Shown here one piece after another: positions 24,560-24,789 of a stretch of 24,789 nucleotides of DNA. Both the position numbers and the translations under genes were made by a program. Within the stretch, counting starts at the first letter, position 1. Each line of letters opens with the position of its first letter. The notes beneath the pieces are model-generated. The model did no database searches. It worked only from the letters and a program-made list of their open reading frames with translations, and was not told the origin of the DNA. This DNA is from a virus (lineage: Duplodnaviria; Caudoviricetes). The DNA is taken from positions 1 through 24,789 of IMG/VR virus record IMGVR_UViG_3300017766_000887; one strand, 5' to 3'.

Positions 24560-24647
24560 CATTGGAAACCCCCCGATTTCAATGTGCAAAAGGGGTGAGA
24601 CTTGCAGCCATTCGGGAACCTCCAGCCGAATGTGGGCAGAAGGAGTG
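24560..24647 (+). promoter_or_regulatory. Tandem hairpin/pseudoknot cis-regulatory RNA in the 5' UTR
   Basis: Two homologous units: CATTGGAA-ACCCCCCGA-TTTCAATG-TG-CAAAAGGGGTG and CATTCGG-GAACCTCCAG-CCGAATG-TGGG-CAGAAGGAGTG. Confidence 0.65.
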
Positions 24648-24651
24648 GGTC

Positions 24652-24789
24652 ATGTCAGATGCAAACTATGAGTTTGAGGATGATGTAGTGCAAGACCAGC
24701 AGCAATCGAAGGACCCTGTGCGAGCGCACTTGCGGAAACTTGAAGCCGAGAATAAGGCTTTACGTGAGCAGGCAGCAGGAGCAGAGGCA
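24652..24789 (+). CDS. Partial (3'-truncated) probable capsid scaffolding protein
   Basis: AGGAG SD then MSDANYEFEDDVVQDQQQSKDPVRAHLRKLEAENKALREQAAGAEA..., an acidic N-terminus followed by coiled coil. Confidence 0.68.
   Translation, partial: MSDANYEFEDDVVQDQQQSKDPVRAHLRKLEAENKALREQAAGAEA

Noticed and set aside
64-24598. Numerous antisense and alternate-frame ORFs in the track (e.g. 64..528, 2806..3363, 5788..6276, 12189..12596, 16083..16514, 24150..24524)
   Set aside because: They are shadow ORFs of well-supported genes with no SD or motif support. Only 5994..6383 has independent evidence.

Overview
This window is part of a tailed dsDNA phage genome, about 50% GC. The whiB gene and leaderless-style promoters point to an actinobacterial host, and the portal plus large internal-virion-like genes suggest a podovirus-like particle. 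It has four blocks. (1) 1-7175 (+) is a recombination/DNA metabolism module: metallophosphoesterase, YqaJ exonuclease, Rad52/Sak-like annealase, putative resolvase, secreted lytic transglycosylase, WhiB, and a C5 methyltransferase with a nested out-of-frame ORF that has its own SD. (2) 7283-10485 (-) is a putative early operon of 11 small genes, driven by a near-consensus TTGACA-17-TATACT promoter and closed by an intrinsic terminator. Its genes overlap stop-to-start except at three gaps, and each gap holds a covarying 40-44 nt mini-tRNA-like three-way junction followed by a hairpin and SD. (3) 10486-11527 is a mostly non-coding control/terminus-like region with palindromes, a candidate ~230 nt structured ncRNA and a leaderless small basic ORF. 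(4) 11528-24789 (+) is the packaging/virion module: HTH-fused large terminase, portal, four putative internal virion proteins, and the start of a probable scaffold gene preceded by two tandem covarying SD-sequestering pseudoknots. All calls come from manual reading of motifs and base pairing; no searches or folding programs were run.
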